A stretch of DNA of 64,000 bases from an uncultured Elusimicrobia bacterium (lineage in GTDB: Bacteria; Elusimicrobiota; Elusimicrobia; 2-01-FULL-59-12). Position 1 is the first letter of the stretch; each line of letters opens with the position of its first letter. The stretch covers positions 1,760,001-1,824,000 of the forward strand of contig OY969767.1 of NCBI GenBank assembly GCA_963702895.1. Direction: 5' to 3'. A program made the translations under genes and the position numbers. This document shows positions 9,866 through 18,992 of the stretch, one piece after another. The notes below the pieces were generated by a model. That model was not told the origin of the DNA. It searched no databases and was given only the letters and a program-made list of their open reading frames with translations.

Positions 9866-12632
9866 TCACGTAGAAGTATACTCCGCTTGCAATGCTCTCG
9901 CCAGAAGTATTTTTGACATCCCAATCGTAGGTATCGGCGCTGACCCTGGTTTCAAACACCAGGCGCCCACTCGTACTATAAATATGGATGGATGCTTCTG
10001 AGCCCAAATTGGCGAAGGTGATGGTCCCCCGGCCCTGGCTCGCTTTATAAGGAACCGGGTAAGCCTTAGCGTTCGTGACGTCATAGCTGACCGACGTCAC
10101 CAGGATAGACCCGCTGATGCCTGAGGCGGTGGCGGTCACCGTTTGGCTGGTCCCGATCTCGCCCGAACGAAACACACCCGCAGCACTAATGCTCCCGCCG
10201 CTTGTGACCGTCCAAACCACGCCTGAGAGGGGCGGCATGGATTGTCCGAATTGATCCATGCCATTGGCCACAAACTGCTGGTCCTCTGAAGCCTTGATGG
10301 TAACGCTGCTCGGACAAGATGTCGAACCGGCCGGGCAGACTTGGATCGCGGTCAAAAATTGAGCCAAATCCCTTGTAGCCGTGACACCTGAGCCGGAAAT
10401 ACTCGCGGGGTCTGTCACGGTACAACGGAAGGAATAGCTCCCGGCTCTTGTGAACGTAACGATGGAATTCTTGGCAGCATTCGTGCCGTTCGCGCTGTAG
10501 CTCACGGCGGCCGGTCCAGACTCGAGACTCCAGGTGTAGATTAAACTCGGTTCCGGATAGCCCGGGTCCGTCGCTGTACAACTTAAATTGCCCGTCACAT
10601 GGTCCGGATTCAAAGTCAATTCGGCGGAGGTAACCACGGGACCGGAGTTGCTGACGGTGACCGGCACGATCACGCTCGTATAACCCGAACGCGAAGCCGT
10701 CAAGGTAAAGCTGCCGGCAACCGTCGCAGTTAAAATGGTGGAAGCGCCAGAAGTCGTGCTGATCTGCCCGGCGCCGCCGCTATAGAGCCAGGTGACTGTC
10801 GCGCCAGGAATCACGGCGCCAGATTCATCGGTCACCGTCGCCGTGAAGGTGAGAGGGGTGCCAGTCACAGCACTGCCGGGATTGGGCGCGACCGTAATCG
10901 CGCTCATGTTGGGCGGTGTCGTCACGAACCCAATGATCAGAAACGCACTGTCGGGCCACGTGGGCCGAGAGATGTTGCGGGTTCTCACACGGGCATAATA
11001 GGTCGTCGTCGGACTCACCGTGAAGGTCAGGGAAAAGGTTGGCTTGGCAACCGTAGCGGTCTGGCAACCGGTGGTAAAGGCAGCATCCAGACAAAGGTTC
11101 ACTTCATAAGTCGACCCGTTGGGGTTGGCTGAGCCGTCCACCCAATTGACCTGGAGGCTGGTGGCCAGCACGTTCGAAAAGCTCCCAGACGTTGGTGCAT
11201 ATGGCGTAGTCGTAAATGAACTCGGCGTAAATGGGAGTGGCGATGAAGGGCACCCAGCTTCTCTTAGAATGATGGTCGGCGTGTATAACGTGTTAGGAGT
11301 TAAACCTGTGACGGTATGGTCCTGGTTGATATTCGAGCTATCCCCAGTCAGAACGGTACTGCCGTTCAGACGAAGATCCCAGCTTGCCAGACCCGTCACA
11401 TCCACCCCCGAAATTCGGAGTGTTGCGCTCGTATAGAAGACGTTGAGCACAGTGAAGGAGCCGCCCCAGGCTAGCGTGGTGATGGGAGGACCACTGATGT
11501 TCGCACTGTCGGGCCAATTGCTAGCGCCGCGGTTCTCCGCTTGGACTCGAGGTGTATACGACGTGTTGGGACTGAGCCCCGTTATGTAAACGGTATTCGT
11601 GTCATTGAATCGACCCGTGCCACCGATAGTTTTCGTTGCACAAGCCGCTCCAAGGCAGCCCGTATAAGGAGATGAACTCGGGTTCCCTAGCACTCCGCTA
11701 AATGCACTTGCGGCATTCTGGAATGTGATCGTTGCCGCGCAGTGAGAGAAGTTGGATCCTACACTCACGTTCGCAGGATCAAGCGGAGCGGTCCACAAAG
11801 GAAAGACGGTTTGCCCAGCTGCCGGGGCCAACGTAGCATAGGGGAAGTTGACCTGTCCTTTATACCGGTAGTATGTATTTGGGCGGAACCCATTCCCGTC
11901 TGGGTTGTACTGCACGCTCGTCAAGAATGGGTAGACCTGCGGTGGGGCTCCTGAAACACCGCCCTGATTGATCCCGATCACGGTGAATCCATTATCAACA
12001 TCCGTCACGGTTATGGAAGCGCGTGAAATCGTACTCGCGTCGGTACTGCCGATACTGGTGCGAACGCGAATACCTCCGGTCGTGACGTCGGCGACACCGA
12101 TGGCTCCTTGCACAGGCACAGCAAAGGGATTGCTTGGATAGGCGAGTGTGGTGGTGGTGTTAGATTTGATCTTGACCCATCGCGAGCACTGCAAAGTATT
12201 GACGCCAGCGCCATTTGGACAAGCCTGTGCATACGCATAATAGGCTGAAGCACCTTTTGTAGGAGTGACAAAACCACCTGTGACAGTGCTCGCTGGGTCA
12301 GACGAGAAATTTTGGACTGATGGGCCAATAACAGTTGTGCCTGCCGCTAAGTCGGAAACGATGCTGCCATTTGCAGCGGAAGCCCCTCGATCGGTTGTCG
12401 TCAGTGCAAAATAGTAGTTACTGAATTGCTCGTTCCCATCAGAAGAACCAGAATTCAACGCCTGCATATTGTTGACCTGCGTGATGGTAATGCCCCACCC
12501 GGAGCTTGTAATCGCATTGAACGAAGGATCGACACACGGTATCCCTGTGGTGCCGCATACTGTCAAAGCATGCAATGGGCTCACGAAACCGATCAGAACT
12601 GCCGGCAACAGAAAAAGCATCGTGCGTTTCAT
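9816..12632 (-). CDS. Secreted Fn3/Ig/PKD-repeat surface protein with T9SS type A-like C-terminal sorting domain
   Basis: Signal peptide; Fn3 motifs (GLSPNTSY, GLTPNTLY); C-terminal AYPVPY..IHIYSTSGRLV..WDVKN..GESIASGVYFYVI..KLIIIK. Confidence 0.85.
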   Translation of the reverse strand: MKRTMLFLLPAVLIGFVSPLHALTVCGTTGIPCVDPSFNAITSSGWGITITQVNNMQALNSGSSDGNEQFSNYYFALTTTDRGASAANGSIVSDLAAGTTVIGPSVQNFSSDPASTVTGGFVTPTKGASAYYAYAQACPNGAGVNTLQCSRWVKIKSNTTTTLAYPSNPFAVPVQGAIGVADVTTGGIRVRTSIGSTDASTISRASITVTDVDNGFTVIGINQGGVSGAPPQVYPFLTSVQYNPDGNGFRPNTYYRYKGQVNFPYATLAPAAGQTVFPLWTAPLDPANVSVGSNFSHCAATITFQNAASAFSGVLGNPSSSPYTGCLGAACATKTIGGTGRFNDTNTVYITGLSPNTSYTPRVQAENRGASNWPDSANISGPPITTLAWGGSFTVLNVFYTSATLRISGVDVTGLASWDLRLNGSTVLTGDSSNINQDHTVTGLTPNTLYTPTIILREAGCPSSPLPFTPSSFTTTPYAPTSGSFSNVLATSLQVNWVDGSANPNGSTYEVNLCLDAAFTTGCQTATVAKPTFSLTFTVSPTTTYYARVRTRNISRPTWPDSAFLIIGFVTTPPNMSAITVAPNPGSAVTGTPLTFTATVTDESGAVIPGATVTWLYSGGAGQISTTSGASTILTATVAGSFTLTASRSGYTSVIVPVTVSNSGPVVTSAELTLNPDHVTGNLSCTATDPGYPEPSLIYTWSLESGPAAVSYSANGTNAAKNSIVTFTRAGSYSFRCTVTDPASISGSGVTATRDLAQFLTAIQVCPAGSTSCPSSVTIKASEDQQFVANGMDQFGQSMPPLSGVVWTVTSGGSISAAGVFRSGEIGTSQTVTATASGISGSILVTSVSYDVTNAKAYPVPYKASQGRGTITFANLGSEASIHIYSTSGRLVFETRVSADTYDWDVKNTSGESIASGVYFYVIESPESKKNGKLIIIK

Positions 12633-12635
12633 GCG

Positions 12636-13898
12636 TTAATTCCCCTCCGGAATAACCGGCTTCGCACCCTGCGCTTGCGCCGATCGAGGCGTTCCCAAGT
12701 TCAGCAACTGCTCCAAATCGTCCATTTCGGGGAGGGCGGGCTTGCGAACCGCTCCTTCGGAGCCGGGCTGAAAGATCCTGCCCTGCTTGGCGAGCATCTG
12801 GGCCTGTTGGCCTTCAAGTTTCGCCAATGCGATCTTCATATACCGGCGCGCCGGCTTATAGCTTGGCTCCAGCTCAATAAGACTGTCGAAGAGAAGCGTC
12901 GCTTGCTCATAGCGTTCCTGGTTCATGGCGGTCTTGGCCTGCTGCAAAATCTTTCGTTCCTCCGCCGTAAGGATGGGGCGCGGCTCGCCAAAACGCAAGG
13001 ACAATTCATACCGGTGGCTCATGCCCAGTTCGCCCTGCCCCGCATAGGCATAATCGAAGGAAACGCCTTTGACGCGCAAGCCAATACCCGCGCGCATGCC
13101 ATTGCCCTCGTTCTTGGAGTTCAAGTAGCCCGCGCGCAGCGCTACAAAGGGAACGAGCCAGTACTCAAAACCGCTGGAAATGTAGCCCGTGTCTTCGGTG
13201 GGCTTCGTGTAATCGAGTGACACATTAAGCTTTTTATTCATCATCTGGACCGCCGCAAGTCCCAGCTTCCAATCCATCGGCAGAGGGTCCTTCTGCTGCT
13301 CAAATTTGATATCCGAACCCATATTGCGTAGCGCGGCGCCAAACCGAAGCGTACCGCTCAGGATCGGACGTGGGTAAATGGCATTGAAACCCAGGTCAAA
13401 GGCGGCGCCGGTGGCTTTTTCGTCCGCGAGCTTTTGCTGGATTCCTTTGACATTGAGACCGGCGGACCATTGATTGCCGAGCCAAGCCGCACCCAACGTT
13501 GCCACAGCGCTATAGGCCTCTTGATTGCCGATCGAGTTCCCGGTGGTGTCATAGCCCTCGATTTTCCCATAGCCGAGGTGGGAGAGATTGGCCCCAATGG
13601 CACCATTCTCTAAGGGGATACCGATGTTGAGGTTTTGAAACTTCAAATCTTGGTACATCTGGTTGTACATAAAGGACGCCTGGCGCTCGACCATGAGCGC
13701 AAGGCCGGCCGGGTTCCAGTATAGGGAAGACACATCGTCGGCTTGGGCCACGTAAGCTTCTCCCATCGCGATCGCTCGCGCACCGACGCCGATCTTTAAG
13801 ACTTCTGCTCCCGTCGTGCCAGCGCTAGCGGCCCAAGCGAAGCCACCCATCTTTAGACCTAGGCTCGAGGCGAGGACGAGGGTGAAGATTCTTTTCAT
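12636..13898 (-). CDS. PorV/PorQ family outer-membrane beta-barrel with C-terminal TPR extension
   Basis: LKIGVGARAIAMGEAY, YWNPAGL, FDYAY..LGMSHRYEL motifs; start placed at MKRIFTL signal peptide. Confidence 0.88.
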   Translation of the reverse strand: MKRIFTLVLASSLGLKMGGFAWAASAGTTGAEVLKIGVGARAIAMGEAYVAQADDVSSLYWNPAGLALMVERQASFMYNQMYQDLKFQNLNIGIPLENGAIGANLSHLGYGKIEGYDTTGNSIGNQEAYSAVATLGAAWLGNQWSAGLNVKGIQQKLADEKATGAAFDLGFNAIYPRPILSGTLRFGAALRNMGSDIKFEQQKDPLPMDWKLGLAAVQMMNKKLNVSLDYTKPTEDTGYISSGFEYWLVPFVALRAGYLNSKNEGNGMRAGIGLRVKGVSFDYAYAGQGELGMSHRYELSLRFGEPRPILTAEERKILQQAKTAMNQERYEQATLLFDSLIELEPSYKPARRYMKIALAKLEGQQAQMLAKQGRIFQPGSEGAVRKPALPEMDDLEQLLNLGTPRSAQAQGAKPVIPEGN

Positions 13899-14126
13899 AT
13901 ATTTCTTAGTCACGGGATAAATATAACGCATTATTGTTACAGATTCATTGCGGCAAAGTAAATTCTGTGTTACAGAATACACGGTATTCATTAGCCCCAA
14001 ATTGTGCACTCGTCAACAGCAGAGTTAACACCTCTTAACCTTCATTGAATTCTATAGTCAAAAATGCTCACTCTGACGGAGCCTGTATAATTTATGATCG
14101 GATTATAGATAGGTTTTGAAATAGAC

Positions 14127-15704
14127 CTAAATCAACCGTTTGTAATTATTAACAGGCAGCCGCCACACCGTGACGCCACAATACCGATCGCCTTCCGGAC
14201 AGAAAGGCCTCTGCCCCGCTTCTTGACGCATCCAGCAAGGTGCCCCAAAATACCCACCGATCTGGGGAAATAAGTCTTGGAGCTGGAGGACCTCTTCTTG
14301 GGACGTTTTCCAGATTTCCTCCTGGGCCGTATAGCACAGGCGGTGCGTCCACTTATGGTGGAAATTGAGAAGATCACCGGACTCCTCAAAGCGAACGGGA
14401 AAGGCGTTGGGGAGAAGGTAGCACACGTTTTCTTCTGATTCCCCCCTCTCGATCAACTGCTGCATCTGGGTCCAAAGTCCTTTCATCGTCGCACGATAGT
14501 AATCCAGAGCGGGTGGCGTTTCCTGAACAAGCTTCGGGACGATGAAGTCCGGCTCATCCCACTGGACCTGCCGTACCAGGACCGGCCGGGAGGCGGGCGT
14601 CATCCGGTGCCTTTGGTCCTGGGAATCGGCCGTATGCGAGATCTTCTTCTTAAACGTGAAATGGGGATGAACAAGGGCCCTGGTCAATTTGCCAAGAGAA
14701 GTGAGATTCAATGATTCGGAAAAATATCGATTCTTGGAAGGGTTGAGCACCAGATCGATAGCCTCGGCGTCTGTCATGGCACTCTTAGGAAGACCCAGAA
14801 CCGTGCGGACACTCTGCGCGAGCACCACCTCGGAATTAGCCTTAAAATCAATAAGTTTTGAAGATAAGCCCCCCAACTCCTGATCAAACTCCTTAATAAA
14901 GGCCTTGGGGTAGAAGTGCCTGGCACTTTCATCAAAGGTTTGAAGAATTTGGTATTCGATGGTTTGCTCCAGGGGCAGCGGGTCCTCGATGTCCTTAAAG
15001 AACTCCGGGTCGAAGCGACTCACCGCCTCCACCATTTTCCCCACCACGATCTTTTGTTCGGTGGGCACATCCCATTGCTGGCAGAGTCGGTGATAGCGGT
15101 GGAGGGTAAGACCCGAGATAGTGTGATATAGGTGCGCATGCGTCGCGACGGGTAAGAGATAGCGCGACACCTCCTGGCAGCGCTTCTTGATGGCATGAAT
15201 CCAGCGCTTTTCCTGCAGGTCGCGGGCCCGAAAAAGCCGTTTAAACTCTCGCGTCACAGTCGGCTCGAGGAGCTTCGCCAACTCCTGATAGGCGCTCATT
15301 TGCCCCTGGACGGCCTGTGTATAGAGGGACAGGTTCTTGTCCTGGAGAGCGGGGGTCGTAAAGTTTTCCGCTTTGATCTCCACATAGCGCTGACTGACCT
15401 GTTCAGAGTTGTAGAAGGGGTGGCTATGAAGAAAGGACCAGATCAGCTGCCGGGACACCTTGTCCAGAACGAACTGGAAGGTCGCATGCTGCAGGGTCGT
15501 GTGGTGGCCGGCTTTATAAATGGACCGGGCAATCAAGTCGCGCCGGGATCGGGAAGCCTCGTCCTTGGCCACATCCTCCGCCCGCACAACTTGGGAGGAA
15601 TAGCAGGTCCGGGCGGTTGCCACCGCATTGTTATAAGGATCCTGGAAAGCGTTCTCGAGATAAACGACCGGCTCAGGTGAAAGAAGCGTTTTCGTCGTGA
15701 TCAT
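14127..15704 (-). CDS. thyX: FAD-dependent thymidylate synthase-like protein with two ThyX domains
   Basis: ARTCYS, GHHTTLQH, SQRYV, RYLLP in domain 1; QDQRHRM, YLLPNA, RLCYTAQEEI in domain 2. Confidence 0.8.
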   Translation of the reverse strand: MITTKTLLSPEPVVYLENAFQDPYNNAVATARTCYSSQVVRAEDVAKDEASRSRRDLIARSIYKAGHHTTLQHATFQFVLDKVSRQLIWSFLHSHPFYNSEQVSQRYVEIKAENFTTPALQDKNLSLYTQAVQGQMSAYQELAKLLEPTVTREFKRLFRARDLQEKRWIHAIKKRCQEVSRYLLPVATHAHLYHTISGLTLHRYHRLCQQWDVPTEQKIVVGKMVEAVSRFDPEFFKDIEDPLPLEQTIEYQILQTFDESARHFYPKAFIKEFDQELGGLSSKLIDFKANSEVVLAQSVRTVLGLPKSAMTDAEAIDLVLNPSKNRYFSESLNLTSLGKLTRALVHPHFTFKKKISHTADSQDQRHRMTPASRPVLVRQVQWDEPDFIVPKLVQETPPALDYYRATMKGLWTQMQQLIERGESEENVCYLLPNAFPVRFEESGDLLNFHHKWTHRLCYTAQEEIWKTSQEEVLQLQDLFPQIGGYFGAPCWMRQEAGQRPFCPEGDRYCGVTVWRLPVNNYKRLI

Positions 15705-16456
15705 GGGAGAATGTCCGGAAGGTCATCGAGCGAGTCGATCCGGACGACGCTATTATAGGCCTTTCGGTGAGGAGCCCGCAAATGACGCCGGGAAGGGCTT
15801 CCCTGATCGAGCGAGGGATGGGCCCGGTCGATCAACACCGCACGGAGACCCGCCCGTGAGGCCCCGTGATAGTCGTCCTCCAGGCTGTCTCCGACATGCA
15901 CGCTGTGCGCGGCATCCGCCTTCATCGCCGTTAGGGCCGCCTCGAAGATTTTCTTTCCTGGCTTGGCAACACCTACCGCCGAGCTTGCCGTCACATGCTC
16001 AAAGAAGCGCGAGAGTCCCAGTTGTTCGACAATCGAGAAGAGACGATGGTCCCAGTTGGAGATCATACCGAGGCGAAATCCCTGCTTTTGGAGGCTCTCC
16101 AGGGTCGGCACCGCGTCATCGAAGAGGCGCCAGCATTCCGCCCGCGCGAACTGGTCATAGAGCTCCTGGAAAAAAGCGTCAAAGTCATCAAATTGGCCCA
16201 GATTCCCAAAGACGTCCCGCACGAGGGTATACCACCACTGGCGCTCAATCTTCTCGCTGCTTAAGCCCGCAAGCGTCGTCATGCCGTTACGTTTATGCCA
16301 CTCGGCGTGAAAAGCCTTCTCCACCACTTCGGCGTCGACCGTCACCCCGTGTTTTTGGGCAATGCGGGCGTAGACCGCGCCTACCGATGGGTAGGGCCGG
16401 AAGAGTGTGCCCCCTGCGTCAAAGAAGACGACCTGTGTTTTTTTACTTTTTCGCAT
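15701..16456 (-). CDS. HAD-IA family hydrolase (REG-2-like)
   Basis: FFDAGGTL, ISNWD, KP, HVGDSLEDD motifs. Confidence 0.9.
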   Translation of the reverse strand: MRKSKKTQVVFFDAGGTLFRPYPSVGAVYARIAQKHGVTVDAEVVEKAFHAEWHKRNGMTTLAGLSSEKIERQWWYTLVRDVFGNLGQFDDFDAFFQELYDQFARAECWRLFDDAVPTLESLQKQGFRLGMISNWDHRLFSIVEQLGLSRFFEHVTASSAVGVAKPGKKIFEAALTAMKADAAHSVHVGDSLEDDYHGASRAGLRAVLIDRAHPSLDQGSPSRRHLRAPHRKAYNSVVRIDSLDDLPDILP

Positions 16457-17102
16457 AGCGCGTCTGATCGATAACTTGAGCGGCCCTGAAGGCCCGTCTT
16501 CGTTCGGCGCATTTATTGCACCGGCCGCAATGAAGACGTCCCCGCGGCGAGAGGCACGAAAAGCTCAAATGGAGCGGCCAGCGGCTGGCGCGCTGGATCA
16601 CCTGGGCCTTGGAAAACCCACGATAAGGAGCGATCACCGAAAGGGGCTGATCCAGGCCCTTGGAAAGGGCTTTCGCCCAAAGCTTGAAAAAGTCCGGCGA
16701 GGCATCCGCAAAAGGGTTGTGATCCAGGCTTCCCAGCGCGATGAGGGGGATGCCATGCATCGCGGCAAAGATCGCGGCTTTGACCGTGAGCACCATGTTG
16801 CGGCCGGGGAGATAGACCGCCGTGTCTTTCGTGCGGGGCCCCGGCACGGCAGTTCCCCCCGTACTCCAGTGGGTCCCGTAAACGTCCCGCATCGGGACCG
16901 AAAGAAGAGTCAGAGCTTGGAGGCCCGGACCCCGGACCGCTCCCAAGTAGCGCCCGAGCCAATAAAGCTCGTAGGCTTCCCAGCGAAGCCCCTGCCGAAT
17001 ATAGAGAGGCCAGACGTCGTATCCTCGGGCCATCATCTCGCCGAGCAAGGCACAGCTGTCAAGACCCCCACTGGCCAAGAGACAGACTTTCTTTCTCTTC
17101 AC
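16443..17102 (-). CDS. queC: 7-cyano-7-deazaguanine synthase
   Basis: SGGLDS PP-loop, YLPGRN, C-terminal SC..HCGRCNKC. Confidence 0.88.
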   Translation of the reverse strand: MKRKKVCLLASGGLDSCALLGEMMARGYDVWPLYIRQGLRWEAYELYWLGRYLGAVRGPGLQALTLLSVPMRDVYGTHWSTGGTAVPGPRTKDTAVYLPGRNMVLTVKAAIFAAMHGIPLIALGSLDHNPFADASPDFFKLWAKALSKGLDQPLSVIAPYRGFSKAQVIQRASRWPLHLSFSCLSPRGRLHCGRCNKCAERRRAFRAAQVIDQTRYAKK

Positions 17103-17108
17103 CGCAAC

Positions 17109-17116
17109 ATTATAAT
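17109..17116. promoter_or_regulatory. Overlapping bidirectional -10 boxes for queC and queD
   Basis: ATTATAAT gives TATAAT on both strands, each 6 nt upstream of a GTG start. Confidence 0.7.
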
Positions 17117-17122
17117 CCGTGC

Positions 17123-17530
17123 GTGTTCAAGGTCACGAAAGAAATTCATTTCTGCTACGGCCACCGGCTCCTCCACTACGAGGGCAAGTGCCGCTACCTC
17201 CATGGCCACAACGGGAAGGTATGCCTCGAGCTCGCCGCCGACAATCTCGACGCCAAAGGCATGGTGCGGGACTTTACGGAAATCAAAACCATCCTGCAGA
17301 CCTGGATCGACCAGACGCTCGACCATCGCATGATCCTCAACCGCAGGGACCCGCTGAAGGAGGCTCTGGAAAAAGCGGGAGAGCCTCTTCATCTGATGGA
17401 CGACAACCCGACGGCTGAGAACATTGCGAAGTTGATCTATGAGACGGCGCGCAAGAAAGGACTGCCGGTCAGCTCGGTAATACTTTGGGAAACTCCGAAT
17501 TCGTGCGCGACATACTCTGAGACACCGTGA
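17123..17530 (+). CDS. queD: 6-carboxy-5,6,7,8-tetrahydropterin synthase
   Basis: GHRL..KCRYLHGHN, GMVRDF, LDH, PTAENIA, WETP. Confidence 0.92.
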   Translation: MFKVTKEIHFCYGHRLLHYEGKCRYLHGHNGKVCLELAADNLDAKGMVRDFTEIKTILQTWIDQTLDHRMILNRRDPLKEALEKAGEPLHLMDDNPTAENIAKLIYETARKKGLPVSSVILWETPNSCATYSETP

Positions 17531-18980
17531 GGAAGGCCACGTAGGCAAAACCCGAACCAAAAAATCCGATAAAGCATAGACTCACCCACTGCTTGAGCGC
17601 GATCGCCACGCCGAGCGCCGCCAAAAAATAGATCGCAAAAGCAACTTCGATCACCGCTGCCACAGGACTTCTCGTCCGATAGAACTTCGACTTCCATGGG
17701 CTGTCCTTGCTTACAACCGAGTACTTCGGCGTGCGGCGGAACTCGAACGGGCGGGACATAAAACCCTGCAGCACCGCCTTGGCGTTCGAAAGACAAACCC
17801 CGAGACCCAGAGAAAGCAGGAACGGCAAATTGCGAATCCGCACTTTCCAGTCTTTGTGCAAATCCCTCTGACAGATGGTGTAAAAGATAAAGAGCGAGAC
17901 CGTCGTCGCGCCGAGCGCGAATCCCTCCAGAGCGCCGGTGAACGACCAAGAACAGCGTGAGCGAAAGTACAGACTGCAAGGCAGAAGCACAGACAGTGCC
18001 GCCGCGATCAAGTAACCGAGACAGGCCGTCAAGTGAAAGGTGGCCTCAACTTTCACTTTGAGCGGCAGCACGCTTCGCCAGATCGTGGGCAGCATTTTCC
18101 GGGCGGTTTGGATGGCCCCCATGGTCCAGCGGTTCTGTTGCGTTTTGAAAGCATTGATATCGACCGGCAGCTCCGCCGGACACACGACCTCCGGCAGATA
18201 CATGAAACGCCATCCCTTCATCTGCGCCCGGTAAGAAAGATCGAGGTCTTCGGTGAGCGTGTCATGCTGCCAGCCCCCGGACGATTCGATGGCCTCACGC
18301 CGCCAGATGCCGGCGGTCCCATTAAAGTTGAAGAAAGCGCCGGAGCGGTTCCGGGCGGTATGCTCGATCAAGAAGTGACCGTCCAGGAAGATCGACTGCA
18401 CCCAGGTCAGCAGCGAATGGTTTTCATTCAAATGCCCCCAGCGTGTCTGCACCATGCCGATCGCCGGGTCGCCAAACCAAGGGAGGGTCTTCTTTAAAAA
18501 GTCAGTCGGCGGAACGAAATCCGCGTCAAAGATGCAAAGGTACTGGCCACGGGCCTGCTTGAGCCCCGAAGCCAAGGCCCCGGCTTTATAGCCCGCACGG
18601 TCCTTTCGGTGAAGGTGTGCGACGTCAAAACCCTTCGCCCGCCAGGACGCGACCTGGGCCCGAAGGATCTCGGCCGTATCATCCGTGGAATCATCAAGCA
18701 CTTGAATCTCCAGAAGCTCTCGCGGGTAGTCCAGCGCACAGGCCGAGGCAAGGAGTCGCTCCACCACATAACGTTCGTTATAGACCGGAAGCTGGATGGT
18801 GACGACAGGAAGTGTAGAAGGAAGATCCGGCTCAGGCGTTGGCTTGGCCCACTTGTAGTATCGGAAATAGAGGTAAAGGATCCAGTACCGATGCACTCCG
18901 TAGAGCGACAGGAGCACCATCAGCGAGAGATAGGCCGCCATCATAAGGTGGCTGAGCAACATCACAGAAGATCCTGACAT
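17469..18980 (-). CDS. GT2 cellulose-synthase-like glycosyltransferase
   Basis: QLPVYNE, DDSTD, KAGAL, FDADF, TEDLD, QQNRW (D,D,D,QxxRW) plus TM helices. Confidence 0.9.
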   Translation of the reverse strand: MSGSSVMLLSHLMMAAYLSLMVLLSLYGVHRYWILYLYFRYYKWAKPTPEPDLPSTLPVVTIQLPVYNERYVVERLLASACALDYPRELLEIQVLDDSTDDTAEILRAQVASWRAKGFDVAHLHRKDRAGYKAGALASGLKQARGQYLCIFDADFVPPTDFLKKTLPWFGDPAIGMVQTRWGHLNENHSLLTWVQSIFLDGHFLIEHTARNRSGAFFNFNGTAGIWRREAIESSGGWQHDTLTEDLDLSYRAQMKGWRFMYLPEVVCPAELPVDINAFKTQQNRWTMGAIQTARKMLPTIWRSVLPLKVKVEATFHLTACLGYLIAAALSVLLPCSLYFRSRCSWSFTGALEGFALGATTVSLFIFYTICQRDLHKDWKVRIRNLPFLLSLGLGVCLSNAKAVLQGFMSRPFEFRRTPKYSVVSKDSPWKSKFYRTRSPVAAVIEVAFAIYFLAALGVAIALKQWVSLCFIGFFGSGFAYVAFLTVSQSMSRTNSEFPKVLPS

Positions 18981-18992
18981 CCTCCTACTGAA

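Noticed and set aside
16443..17530. Dpd-type DNA 7-deazaguanine modification or QueC-based defence island
   Set aside because: No dpdA/tgt-like, TatD or other defence genes are nearby, and the context is housekeeping.
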